64,000 nt of DNA from Lama guanicoe (lineage: Eukaryota), in assembly GCA_013239625.1 (NCBI GenBank), contig MU056905.1, positions 21,003,552-21,067,551 on the forward strand. Direction: 5' to 3'. Below the pieces are notes generated by a model that saw nothing but the letters and a program-made list of their open reading frames with translations, did no database searches and was not told the DNA's origin. A program made the position numbers and the translations under genes. Numbering within the stretch: position 1 is the stretch's first letter; each line of letters starts with the position of its first letter. Shown here piece by piece: positions 48,510 to 61,330 of the stretch.

Positions 48510-50730
48510 ATAAAAATCTGCATTCATTGAGCACCTACAGTGTTTCTGCACTAGGCCTATAAAGCATATAAAGCACAGTCTCTTTTCCAAATACCTAACA
48601 ATCTAGTGTGAAAACAAAATATAAAAGTTCCCTCTTACAGGAAAAAAAATGTGTATGTGTGTATATACGTATATATAAAAAATATATATATGTATCTATA
48701 CGAATAAAAATGAGTTTCTCCTTTACATGAATTAGTTTTCCTTAAATTTTCTCTCCACGTCCCTATTTTCTTGCTGTCTGGATTTTTTTTAAGCTGAGAA
48801 GAAAAGTCCCAAGTCAGTTTGCATTTTTCTGTAGACCGTTCTTTCTGTTCCCTAGACCTCTGACACCTAAAGAGAAAAAAAAAGAACAGTTCTCTTCTTG
48901 TGCTCTGAAAATTGAGGGTTCCCCTCTCTTATGAAGCACATGCTAATGACCTCTTTTATTTCAGTTACTTTTAAGGCTCATGAAACATTGTTAGACAATT
49001 AATGAGAACTCACAAATTGTTATAGTTGAGTGAGATGAGGCGTCATGGAGTTTCCTGGCTCCTTTTCTTAAGAGTTATTGTTCTCAGAGCTGCAAAATGC
49101 TCATTGTAACTCCTGGTGGTCAATATGAAAATTGTCATCATTTCTTTTCTTGATACAGCAGAGTCTATTTTTTTTTAAAGCAATTCTGGCAATTTTTCTG
49201 AATTTTAAATGCAATTGAAATCCTTTTTGTTTTGCTCATTTCTCCACTCCAAGAAAAAAAGGAAGGATTGTAATCAAAGAAATTAGGGAGCATTGTGATA
49301 AGGGCAACTAAATAACAACAGGATATGTAAAATTTCCAGAGAAAAAGTGATTTATCTGTGAAAGGTGAAGTCAAGGAAGCCTTCCCCGAGGAAGCAATGT
49401 CTGAGCTGGAACTTAAAGGGTAAATGAATACACCAGACCAACAAAAATAGGATGTGCAAAGGTTCTGAGGAGAAAAAGCAGGGTGTGTGCACGAGACTAT
49501 AAACTGTTTGACATTGCTAGGATACAAAGGTCAACAGGGGTGGTGGCTATTTGGATGGGGCTGCAGACAGAAGCTAGATCATCAGTGCCTTTATCAACCG
49601 TTTACTAGAATAGAAGCTCCAGGAGAGTATCCACCACGTTTGCCTTGTTCAGCATTGTATGGACATTGCCTGGCATAATACCGGCCCCTAGTAGGAAACT
49701 TTATAAATACTTGGGTGAGTGACTAAATTAACTACTATCGCAGACAGAGGAGAAACCATGAAAGTGTTTTAAACAAGAGACATGTGATGTCGGAAAGACC
49801 ACTTTGATGGCAGTCGTGTGGTCTACATACTGTTTTTAAAGTACTCAGGTGGCCATAATGCAGAGGATGGATTGAAGTGACAAGAACAAGGAGACTTATT
49901 TAGGAATCAGAGATCCAGGGAGAAATGGTAAGGTCCTGAACAAAGGCAGAAACACTGGGATTCAGAAAGCAGGAACTGAATCTAAGAGAGAAATATAGGA
50001 TATCTAAGTCTGGAAACAGAGAAAAAATTATGTTTAATGGATACATTAGTTACATGCTCAAGTAACATGCTTTGTATGTTTCCTTCAACCCCCAGACACC
50101 ATTAGAGGCAAAATATCTCTAAATTTAAAGCCTAATGGGTACCATCATTAATCTGGGGGGAAAGTTCAACAAGTAGTTTAAATATTTTTCCTGATTTTAT
50201 AGATTTTTCAGACATTGTATAGAATCCTTTGGATTTCATGTTGCTCACCAGGTACCAGTTGGAGAGGATGAGAGAGAGGAATGGAAAAGATTCTTGGGCT
50301 TCTGGTTGAAGATATTGTGTGGCAATATCAGAAATCAGGATTTGGAAAGCAAGTCTGGCATATTCTTTCAATGGACATATTCAGAGGCTACTAAACTCCT
50401 AATGGGGGGCTGGATTGAGAACCTGAGAGGCCTTAGGAATGGGGGAGAAAATAGGAAGGACTGAAAATATGGTTTAAAATGTGGTTCAAGTCCAACGCTG
50501 TGGGGTTTAAAGCAGATTCTAGTAATGAAAGGAACTAGTTTAAAAAGCTTCACCTGGTCTTGATGGTTTGAAATTCTTGCAATCTTGAAATCTGACTGAG
50601 GATTTTAGCCTTTAGAAAAGATATACCTAGCATTCTGTCCGTGCATTTTAATCTTGGATAGACACCTTACTAGCTGTGTGATGTTGGACAAGTTATTTTA
50701 TCACTCTGGGCCTCCATTTCATCATCTGTA
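48510..50730. mobile_element. Scattered L2 and MIR fragments
   Basis: ATTGAGCACCTAC; GGAAGCCTTCCCCGAGGAAG; TAGCTGTGTGATGTTGGACAAGTTA. Confidence 0.55.
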
Positions 50731-51519
50731 GCTCAATAAGTTGAAAGAGGAGACCTCTTAAGTACTTGCACCTTTAAATATTCAATGACTCCATAAATGA
50801 AATTGAGAAATCTAACCTAGCTTCCAATTTAAAAGTACAGACAAATACAGAAGACTGAAAAGATTGGAAGCAGATGCCAGCTTGTTGGTGGGGTCCAGGA
50901 ACTGGTGCAGAACAACTACTGGGGTAAAATCTTCTGTAGATTTCTGAGACCTCAAGCTTCTTTGAGATCCAATATCCATCCTCCTCTTTTTCCTTTTTAA
51001 AAAATCTCACTTGTGTTTGAAGCAGTGATATTCCTGGCTTAAAAAGTCCATTCCTGGCTTCTTTGGCCCCTTCCATTAGCCATTTACTATAGTTCTGACC
51101 TCAGGGAGATAATTGTGACTTTCTGAGGGGAGTTAACAGGAAACCATTTTAGAGGAGAGCGCCTTTAGCTGGCACAACCCTTTTTTGCTCTTTTTTCTTC
51201 CCCTTCTTGTCTAGAAAGCCGACATGATCTGGAGATGGAGCAGTCATCCTGGGACCACAGGGCACTAAGCCAAACACTAAGAAAGAATGAAAAGCTAGTT
51301 AGCACCTGTGGCCTGAGAGAATTGGGAGCCATCATACTAAGCCCAATTCCTATATCCAGACTTCTTCCTCAGAAAGAAAGGAAGAGAGGGAAGGAAGGGA
51401 GGGAGGGAGGGAGGAAGGAAGGGAAGAAGGAAGGGAGGATGAAAAAACACTGGAATCCCTTTCTCCTGTGCTAAGCTGGCAGAGCTCTGTTTATAACATC
51501 AGGCACATGCTCATTGGTT

Positions 51520-52000
51520 TTACTAATAAATAAAACAAGTCCCATCTCTTCTTCAAAGCCCGCAGAGGGTCGAGAGCTCTGTTCCTGCTTACCAGCATCT
51601 TGTCATTTTTTGCCTCCTTTATTCCAGTCCAGGTGGCTTTATTTTTTCATTTGAAAATGTCATCACCACGTCATTAGCAATTCACTGTTACCTGACAGTA
51701 GGAAGAAGCGTCCCCAGGCCATATGGCTAAATTTAATCTACATGGTCACGGTGTNNNNNNNNNNNNNNNNNNNNNNNNNNNNNNNNNNNNNNNNNNNNNN
51801 NNNNNNNNNNNNNNNNNNNNNNNNNNNNNNNNNNNNNNNNNNNNNNNNNNNNNNNNNNNNNNNNNNNNNNNNNNNNNNNNNNNNNNNNNNNNNNNNNNNN
51901 NNNNNNNNNNNNNNNNNNNNNNNNNNNNNNNNNNATGGGAAGACGCTGGAAAGGAGAGGCAGGGAACGGTTGGGGAGTCAGAGTTCAGAGTAACCCTCTG
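51520..52000. promoter_or_regulatory. Candidate non-coding element around N block 51755-51934
   Basis: Repeat-free flank with TCATTAG, TGACAG 51693 and CTAAATTTAATC. Confidence 0.45.
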
Positions 52001-52149
52001 CATTCCCCACAGATTACTACTGGGGACATGTGACCCCTGGAACTTAGGAAAAGTAAATTTGGAATAGAAGTCATCTTTATGCGATTGGAGGTTTTATCAT
52101 ATCCACAGTTGTCGCTTTTAAAGTTAGTTATCTGGCATATCTCCCCAGA

Positions 52150-53520
52150 AGGGCTAAAATTAAAATCACTGTCCAGAGCATGTAGTTAATCAGAATCTCC
52201 AGGAATATGTATGTTAAGCAGACATCCTCCTGCATTCATTATAATGGAGTTCATCCCAGTCCAGTGTAGGAGAATCACTGATGTAAATAGATATGAAAAA
52301 GTAATTGAATGTCACTGGTGATGTAGGACAAGCAGTGGTAGTGGTAGTGGTTTGTTTAAAATACAATACTACCTGGGGAGGCTGTGAGGAAGTGGGTACT
52401 CATCACTGCTGGTGAAATCGTACTGGATTCCACCTGTCTGAAGGCAATTGTAGGTGATAGGAGTCCAAAAGCCTTCAGGAAGCACATTTACTTTAACAAA
52501 TCAGTTCTTCAGATGTGTCCTGGGGACATAATCATGTGTAATTGTTTGGTTGTAAGGTTTTTCATCACAGGATTTATTAGCAGATATCAAAAACTAAAAT
52601 AAAATAAAGAGAAAGAACATTCTCTGTGTAAAACTACAGATTAGTTAAGATGTTATTGTACATTCAATCAACATTTAAAATTATGTGGTAGAAGACTATG
52701 TGAGGATTCAGAAATGTGTAACTACCAGATTTTTTAATGTCTTTCTTACTCCGTAATCTATAAGGGCTGGGATCTTGCTGATCATCTCCACTACTGTGTC
52801 TTGAGGGCCTAGAATAGGGCCTGGGGAAATATTTGCTGAATTAATGACTAAACTGATTAATGTTCTCATTTTAAGTAGAAAAGTGAATCATATGATACCA
52901 CTTTGTCAAAAAAATGTAGATAATTAAGTGGTTTTTTTTTTGATTGGTAGAATTAGAGGTGATGGCTGTTCTTTTCACTTAAGATATTTATTATATCACA
53001 GATATATTTCCATGTTAGTAAACATAAATCTATACTACCAATTAAAATTCTGCACCATGTACCATTCTAAGAGCCTGCCCATATTTGACCCAATGCTCCA
53101 ACACTGCAGTTTCAGGTTGTGTTATATTCTTCAACACTATAAAAAAATACTACTACTCCTACAATACACACTCTTTGCTGTGTGTCTTTCGAGCATGTCT
53201 GATTTTTTTTCTTAGAAAAAGTACCTAGAATTAGAATTAACATGTCTGTTTTCATCTGTAGAGGCTCTCTAGCAACAAGTTAGCTGTTCCTTGAAATGTA
53301 TATCCTCTTTTGATGCCACAAAGTAAAGCCCCTTCCTTTGTGTGTCCCAGGGAAGCAGGGTAACATTCCTGAGAATGAGGAGATGGTGTAGAGCAAGCCT
53401 CTTGTTGGTCCCTCCAACAGAAAGAGATTGCAGAAGATGCCTGCCCAATGTGCATCCTGCCTTCTCTCCCAGGCTTAACTTTCATGTCCTCAGAAAGTGG
53501 AGACGTTATGAAGTATCTGA
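52150..53520. mobile_element. MER5-like, L1ME-like and L2 fragments
   Basis: AATCAGAATCTCC; CACTGCTGGTGAAA; TACCTAGAATTAGAATT. Confidence 0.5.
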
Positions 53521-54699
53521 ATGCTGACACTGTATTGGTCCAGCCAGGCCCCCTCCCAGGGCTGCAGTTTTGGCTCATTCTGGTTTTTTTTTTCCCATGA
53601 AAAAAAGTTAGTTTATAGAAGCCACCATTGGCTGCATTGCTGTGGTTATACAAACTCTACAGGGTTTACTTTAGCAGTCTTATATTGTGTATTTGGTGAA
53701 GGAGGTGTTCCTTTGGTTGCTCTGCCTTCTGAACATTTTCAGCCAATGAAAGACCTTCATCAAATTTCTCATAAGTAGACCTTATGTTTACACTCTTCCA
53801 TTATTTTTGGCCAGCAGTCTCGAGGTCATAATGATATCTCAAGGATAGAATCTTCCTCCTGAAAGATGAAGAAGGCTGTTCCTAGAAGGAGGCAAAGAGG
53901 AAAATGTGAGAGACACGAAGAAAGCCATAAAATCATCCCTGCTCTCTGGAAAGCAGAACATTCACAGAAGGAATCAGTAGGAAAATAGTCACCAAGAAGC
54001 TGACCAACTGTGGCAGAATTACTAAACATTCCGGGGATTATACTCTTTTCTTGCTTTGTTTCTTTTTTTTTTTTCCTTAATTGGTATTTTGGAACTTGGA
54101 AGAGCTGATTATTGGGTGGTGTCAGCAGTCCCAGAGGTTTGGGAGTTAATGCAAACCGAAATAATCAAAATAATCTCACCAGTAACAGATGTAATGGGAG
54201 TGATGGCCATCCCTTGAATTTTTATGAATGGTTTTCTGAAATTTTTCCTTCCAAGACCTGGGAAGAGGCCAGAGTTCTGAATCACTTAGCATGAGAGAGG
54301 ATGAGGCTCCTAGAGGGAGCCCAGTGGCCCATTCCACCTTCCAGTGCTCACTCTCCTAGCCAAATAACCACCCCTTGGAGCTTCGTTTTTTGTCTTCCAC
54401 AAACTTAGGCTGACAATTTCCTCTTTGCCTCACCAGGGGTGTTAAGCAACAGCAAAACCACTCTGCTCTGACTGGAGGATGACTGCTCACTTCTCAGAAG
54501 CACCAAAATGCGTCCACGTCACCAAGCTGTCTCCCTAACACCCATGAACACAGACTCGCTTTAGCTCATAGTACCCTGTGGCATGAACACCATAGGACAA
54601 CAGAATGCAAAATTCCCTGATGTCTTAGCTATAGATGTTTCATGGATATAACTGCATGTGTGGCATATAATGTCCTGATATACAGAAAAAAAAAGACTA

Positions 54700-55390
54700 A
54701 ATCCTATCTCATATTCAGTGGAATTTTCTTGAGCACCTACTATATGCTAGACACTCTGCTGGGAACTTTTGCATAGTCTATTTCATTCTTTGTAACTACC
54801 CTTGCAAATAGGTGTTATTATGTCCACTTATGCAGATGAGGAAACAAAAATTCAACTCCCAAGCTAATTGATGATGCGTGGAGTATCCCAACCAGGTCTC
54901 TTGACCCCCAAATCAAAATTATGTTCAAAGAAGATCAAAAAGTCCTTCCTAAGGAATCTCTCCCTTCCTCCTTCCTTTCATTTCTCCATATTCCCTTCGT
55001 TTCACATGTTTTTGCATGTCAAACAGGTGCCAGATACTGTTCTAGAAGCAGGGGATATCTTTGGTTAATACAAAGGAGATGGCAAAAAACATGCTGGCAT
55101 ATTGGGAATGTTTCCAGAAGCAGACAAGCATAGAATTGGTCTTTGGCTCTTACTGGGCCAAACTATGGGCCAGATTATGGTGGAAAGAACATGGAATTTG
55201 GAGTCAGGAAAGCCTGAGTTCAGATCCTGGCTCTGCCACTACCTAGCTTTGTGATCACAGACAAGTCATATAGCCTCTCTCGGCCACTTGTTTTTTTTTT
55301 TTTTATCTTTAAGGTGAATATAGTAATACACCACTTTATATTATTGCCCTGATTGTGAAAAAAAATAAGCTGTCTGGCTTGGAAAATGCT
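54700..55390. mobile_element. MIR (minus 54700-54920), L2 end, MIR (plus 55175-55390)
   Basis: TTGAGCACCTACTAT...GCAGATGAGGAAAC; TTTGGAGTCAG...GAGTTCAGATCCTGGCTCTGCCACT. Confidence 0.75.
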
Positions 55391-56539
55391 CAACAGACAG
55401 GAGATGAGGGTGTAGCTGTGGGCATGGATTTTAACCCTACCCACTACAGGAAAAGATCCTGCTCAGCTGCCCTGGTCTGAGAGGTCTGGTCATCTGTCCA
55501 TGCCTGTCTCCTGTGACTTCTTCCAGGTATCTTATGCCTGACTCTTGGAAAGGATAAGCTGGGAGTATCTACATGCATCCTGACACTGCAGAAACCACTC
55601 TCAGGCAGGCTCCAGAATCTTTGGCTTTGAAATCCCTGCTCCTTTGGCTGGNNNNNNNNNNNNNNNNNNNNNNNNNNNNNNNNNNNNNNNNNNNNNNNNN
55701 NNNNNNNNNNNNNNNNNNNNNNNNNNNNNNNNNNNNNNNNNNNNNNNNNNNNNNNNNNNNNNNNNNNNNNNNNNNNNNNNNNNNNNNNNNNNNNNNNNNN
55801 NNNNNNNNNNNNNNNNNNNNNNNNNNNNNNNGGCATTGAGCGGGGCTTGCACTACACTGAGTAGGGAGGAGGGGGGTGTTGGTCCTAGGGGTGGGGTGGG
55901 GCACTGGCCCAGCATTATTCATGAAGACTTTCAGCTGTTTTTGTCTTTTAACTAACCTTTGAGTTGGATCAGAGGGCTGGCCGGCCTCCCTTTCGCCAAA
56001 GGCCCTGCTGGCACCTGGACAATGGAGGCAGACTGTTTTTCTGAGTGAAGAGTGGAGCTGGGGGAGGCCGAGGGCTGTGTGTACTGGAGGTGGGAGGTGA
56101 GGGCTGGAGGGGGGCAGCTTTACGTCTGTCCTGGTCTTGGGGAGAGGGGTGGTTATTGATAGAATTTCCAGCTCCCCCAACACAAGCAGCCACCCTCTGA
56201 CTGCCAACTTTCTTGGCTCAACAACTTTATCCACGAAAATGCACACGGGGCTGGTTGCCCCGTTTGATTTTTGAAGGCCACGCTCCCTTCCCCTCCAAAG
56301 AGCTTTCTTCTGCTCTTCCTCCTATCCCTCTCCCTCCCAAAGTGCCTGGAGAAGGCTCCAGTCTACAAGTGTTTGGGTGGTGGTGAATTTTTTTTAAATA
56401 ATTGTAAATAATGATGGCAAAAAAAGGGAAAGAGCAAATAAATGAAGAAAGGAGATCGGGAGGAAGAAGTAAAGGGAGAAAGGGAAATGGGAGATGGGAG
56501 GGGGAAAGTGACTCTGAGGATAGAGATCCAAAGAAAGGC

Positions 56540-57490
56540 AGGCAGAATTGCGGTCTGGAGAGGACTTTGGAGCCCAGAGGCAGTGGAGCAGGGCAGCCCG
56601 GAGGAGCCGGCCATCAAGGCAGCCGGGAGAGGGTTGGAGGCGAGGTGCTCTCCAAGGGCTCTCGATTTTGGCAGGTGTCAGCTTTTGTCCCCTGCATCCA
56701 CTTCCTGCCCCGACAGCCCGGACACAGGGCCCAGTCCTCTCCATCGGACTTTGCTGAAAGTGATTCCCTTCAAGGAGTGTGGATTGGCATCTTTCCCCCA
56801 TCTCGTCCCCAAAATAGCCCTGGTCGCCAGCGCATCAAAGGCAGCTTTGTGAGCGGCCGCCTGCAGGCTGCCTGGAGGGGGGCGCACGTGGGACTTTGCG
56901 GGAGCGCGTCCCACTCCCCTCTCCAGCCTCTCTCTGTTCCCGTCTTCATTCTTCTCCTCTCCTGCTTTGTCTCTTTCTCTCTCTTGTTTTTCCCCTCTCT
57001 CCCCCACCCCCATTTTCCCTGATTTTTTTCTTCCTCCTCTCTTCTCCCTCCTTCCCTTCCCTTCCCTTCTCTTTTCTCTTCTCTTTCACCTCCGTCCTCT
57101 TCCTTCTTCCCACCTCTTCGCTCCGGGCGGGTGACCAAGCCTCCTCTCCCGCCCACCCCCCAGCCCTGCCGTCAGGNNNNNNNNNNNNNNNNNNNNNNNN
57201 NNNNNNNNNNNNNNNNNNNNNNNNNNNNNNNNNNNNNNNNNNNNNNNNNNNNNNNNNNNNNNNNNNNNNNNNNNNNNNNNNNNNNNNNNNNNNNNNNNNN
57301 NNNNNNNNNNNNNNNNNNNNNNNNNNNNNNNNNNNNNNNNNNNNNNNNNNNNNNNNNNNNNNNNNNNNNNNNNNNNNNNNTATAACTTCGACCTGCGCTA
57401 GAGCCCAGCCCTTTGCATTCGCAGTGGGAAAAGAACGTTAGTTGTCAGCGAGTCCACTTCCCTTCCTACCTTTGACTCCCGGTAACCTGG
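56540..57490. promoter_or_regulatory. Small downstream CpG-rich island, candidate regulatory element (includes N block 57177-57380)
   Basis: CpG cluster (GCGGCCGC, GGCGCACGTG, GGGCGG), CACGTG at 56885-56890, GTGGGAA at 57424-57430. Confidence 0.6.
56915..57120 (+). repeat. ~200 bp CT-rich low-complexity polypyrimidine tract
   Basis: Almost entirely C/T on the + strand. Confidence 0.85.
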
Positions 57491-58169
57491 AGTTTCTGGG
57501 GAAATCCTAAAACAGATCACTTCTTGGCCCAGGAGTGGAGAGAGAGAGAAAAAAGTTAAGAGATTTCTCAACAATAGAAAAAAGGAAACAGGATTGAGGG
57601 CACTTAGTACATCAGAGAAGCATCCACAGTGTTTTAAAAACAGGTTGCAATATAACAAGCCCTCAGAGGGCTCTCTTTAGAAGATTCAAATTAAGACTAT
57701 TAAGTCCTAGAAATGTTGACTAAACTTAATCATTTGTTCCTCCCTTTTTAAATGAATGCATAAATGGATGAGTGAGTGAATGGGTGAATGGATGGTTTCC
57801 CGACAGCAGCATGCTGTTTGTTTATCTTGGTGGCAAGTCCCCAGCACCACCCCTCTACCTGGTTCAGGAAGAGTGTGTGGCAAGCAGTTAACCTCTTGCA
57901 CTGATATAATCATGGACAGCTCTAAAGCCCTTTTATTTTCTATTCATCTGGTGTTCTATGCAAGGGAAGGTATTATCCTAATTTTCCAGGAGAAAAACTG
58001 TAATTGCCTTTTTGCAGACTTTCAAGTAAGTCATTCCTGGCTCAAAAGGATGAAGTGATTTTCCATGGTTTGGTTTTGAACACAGAGAGGTTCACCTCTG
58101 CCCTAGGCAATTTCTTACTGATAGTCCTAAGAGTCTTTGAAAATCTTACATGAAATGAGAATATCCCTG

Positions 58170-59200
58170 AGATACTGTGGGAGACTAGCCTGGGTACCAG
58201 CAGGGTCAGCAGGAGCTGATGGCACACTGGGAGGGACAAAAGAAAAGAGTTTAATGGAGAGATGGATGTGGCTGGGACTAAGGGAACTAAAGGGTGCAGC
58301 ACCCAGAGACTAGATGTGAGGGAGAGCTTTACCACCTCTGGCTTGTAGGGGACAGAGGAGGGAGCTGTTACTACACATCAGCAAGATCTATTGCTATGGG
58401 AATGGAGCCTCCTGACAAGCTGTCGCCTGAGACCAAGGAGCAGAGTCCCTGCCAAAGCAACTGAGGAACTTTGCAGTGAGGAGCAGGGATAGAAATGTCC
58501 TGACCTGCCTCCCCTTCTCACAAACTCTTATTGGTGCCTCCAAGTGGCCACACCCAACAGGAAGCCAGAGGGCAAGAGATTCCTAATGAAGAGGGCCTCC
58601 TGAGATGCTGAGCAGGGCAGGAGCTGGAGAAGTTATGGTGAAAAAGACAAGTAAGGTCCCTGTCCCATGGAGACTACTAGCTAGTAGGGGGCAATTCATA
58701 GTAATTGTATAAACAAACAAAAATGCAGTTGTTTTTAGAGGTAGTCATAGATGACAGGAAGGACAAACAACATAATGGATGATAACTGTTGCCTATGGAG
58801 AGCTGTTTTAGATAGGGTGATCAAGGAAAGCTTCTTGGAGGAGGTGGTGTTTAAGGAAAGATGACCTGAACTTCCTGGGAAAGCCTACCTTGACTCCACA
58901 TTCACTCCCAGACTTCTTTTTATGTGGCTTGTGGGTAAGCCTGAAATCTAGGCTGTGATTTAGATGCACCCACTGACCAGTCCCCGTGAAAATGAGAAAC
59001 TAGAATAACATTGAGCACTCGCATTTACATATAGCTTGTAATCTCCCTCACAAGGCTATATGCTGACTCCTTTACGTAGTCTACTCTTGCTGCTGTGGGT
59101 ACCATAAACTACATGTTACAAACAAGAAGATAGAAGCTTAGAAGCAATCAGGGATGTGAATTCTATGTTCTAACATCCCCAGCCCTGCAAGAGCAGTGGG
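58170..59200 (-). mobile_element. MaLR-like LTR, L2 and MIR fragments
   Basis: CCCAACAGGAAGCCAGAGGGCAAG; TTTAGATAGGGTGATCAAGGAAAGCTTC. Confidence 0.55.
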
Positions 59201-59639
59201 GTGGAAATGTACACTGTACTCCCTCTTTCTTACTACATCTCAGTCCTAGTCCTTTGATGTTCTAGGCAGAGAACAGACCTGTTTCCTCTTCTTTGGAGGG
59301 CCCATCTGATATGAGCTGGAGATGGATTTTTCTCCATATACATTCTCGTATTCCCAATTTTAAAATTTAAAAGGCTGTGTCAGGGAGGTGAGATATGTAT
59401 GTCCCAGTACCTCCAGCCCAGCCTCTGATAATACTCGCATTCAGCAGTTTTGCAACCAGTGGCAGTTCTGTTTTTTCCTTTCTCTCCCGTACTCCCTGGC
59501 CCTCCGTGTCAATTTCAGGCATCTCCAGTCTTAACTTGGTAGTCTCCAGGCCATTTTTTGAATAGATAAGATTTCTCAGTCAATAAAATCAAGGCAGTTT
59601 TCTTACCCAGTACCCGCCACCAAAAAAAGGAAAATGGGG

Positions 59640-60900
59640 TGGTTGCTGGGACCGAGAAGAGAGAGGCTGCGATTGCTTGCCACTGGGGTCTACATTTTGT
59701 ATTTCGCTGACAGCCCAGGACCGCTCCAAAGCCCGCCGCGCAGCCAATGGGCAGCGGTGATTTATGGAGCTGACTAATGCTGGCTGAATGCGGCCTGTCA
59801 GAGCGCTGTGAATGGCTTCCCTTCGCTGCACAAGCCCCGGCTTTGTGTTGCTAAGCGATTAGAGCAGATGTAATGAGATTTTGCCCAATCCCCGCTTTGC
59901 CCTTTCCTAGCTTCGGCAAAATTGTGTGTGTTTTTGTGAATTTTTAGAGTTTGCCTCTGCATTGTGGCGAACAACGGCTAACTTTGCCTGGAGTTTAACG
60001 AGACTGGATATTTCTCATTCAGAAGTGAGTAAAAGAACACCTGTCTTCACAAGGAGAAGGGGGGAAAAATCCCCTTTGTGGGGGCTGAAACATTATCCTA
60101 ATGCTATATTCATAGCTATAAATAACTTGCTACACTTTCTTTGGGCACCTTATCTGGAAACTTGCAAAGGAGCTAAATTAAAAGAAAACGAAATTGGTGG
60201 GGGTGGGGGTGGACCCAGCCCTGGTCCTCTAAAGGAGAAGATAAAAATAAAGCGGGCATCACAAAGCNNNNNNNNNNNNNNNNNNNNNNNNNNNNNNNNN
60301 NNNNNNNNNNNNNNNNNNNNNNNNNNNNNNNNNNNNNNNNNNNNNNNNNNNNNNNNNNNNNNNNNNNNNNNNNNNNNNNNNNNNNNNNNNNNNNNNNNNN
60401 NNNNNNNNNNNNNNNNNNNNNNNNNNNNNNNNNNNNNNNNNNNNNNNNNNNNNNNNNNNNNNNNNNNNNNNNNNNNNNNNNNNNNNNNNNNNNNNNNNNN
60501 NNNNNNNNNNNNNNNNNNNNNNNNNNNNNNNNNNNNNNNNNNNNNNNNNNNNNNNNNNNNNNNNNNNNNNNNNNNNNNNNNNNNNNNNNNNNNNNNNNNN
60601 NNNNNNNNCTGGAGACACGCTAACTGAATCTGCAAGTAATGCAGGCAGTGAGCGAGGAGCCGCAAGAGGCGGAGTNNNNNNNNNNNNNNNNNNNNNNNNN
60701 NNNNNNNNNNNNNNNNNNNNNNNNNNNNNNNNNNNNNNNNNNNNNNNNNNNNNNNNNNNNNNNNNNNNNNNNNNNNNNNNNNNNNNNNNNNNNNNNNNNN
60801 NNNNNNNNNNNNNNNNNNNNNNNNNNNNNNNNNNNNNNNNNNNNNNNNNNNNNNNTTTAAAATCTAACTCCTGTAAGGAATTCATATCATACATGCCTTT
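59640..60900. promoter_or_regulatory. Candidate proximal 3' enhancer (or non-coding promoter) of ASCL1, includes N blocks 60268-60608 and 60676-60855
   Basis: Repeat-free and CpG-retaining; TGACAG 59708, CCAAT 59744, TGATTTATGG 59758, CTGTCA 59795, CTTTGT 59841, CAGATG 59865. Confidence 0.65.
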
Positions 60901-61282
60901 CACTTAAAACCAATGTGGAAAGTGCGTGCAGCAGGGAAAGGAGTAGAAAATGCACGACTGGAAATGAAGGAAGAAGCACACACCCACCACTGGGACTGTG
61001 GAGAGGGCTACCTCCCTCAAGCCCAACCTCAGACACCACCGTCCTTACTCCATTCCTAGTGTCCATTATCTCATCCAGACTGTCCACAGTTTCACAATGA
61101 GAAACTCTGAGTGAGGGTAAGGGTTAGAAAGTGGGGTGAGGACCTTCTCTTTCCAGTTCACTTTTGGGGGGGATTTTTTCCAATGTGCCGTCATTTTATC
61201 AAAAGACAATGCAGCCATCAATCACCTCTTCTAGGTGTATGTGTACATTTGCAGCAAAAAAAAAAATGGTGAGGAAAGCCAT

Positions 61283-61330
61283 CGCGCGCGCGCGCGCGCG
61301 CGTGTGTGTGTGCGTATGTGTGTGTGTGTA
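61283..61330. repeat. (CG)10 followed by (TG)n: 48 bp of perfect pyrimidine-purine alternation
   Basis: cgcgcgcgcgcgcgcgcgcgtgtgtgtgtgcgtatgtgtgtgtgtgta. Confidence 0.95.

Noticed and set aside
56870-56886. CTCF-like CCTGGAGGGGGGCGC (also 31372-31386 and 57659-57673)
   Set aside because: Three or more mismatches at informative core positions
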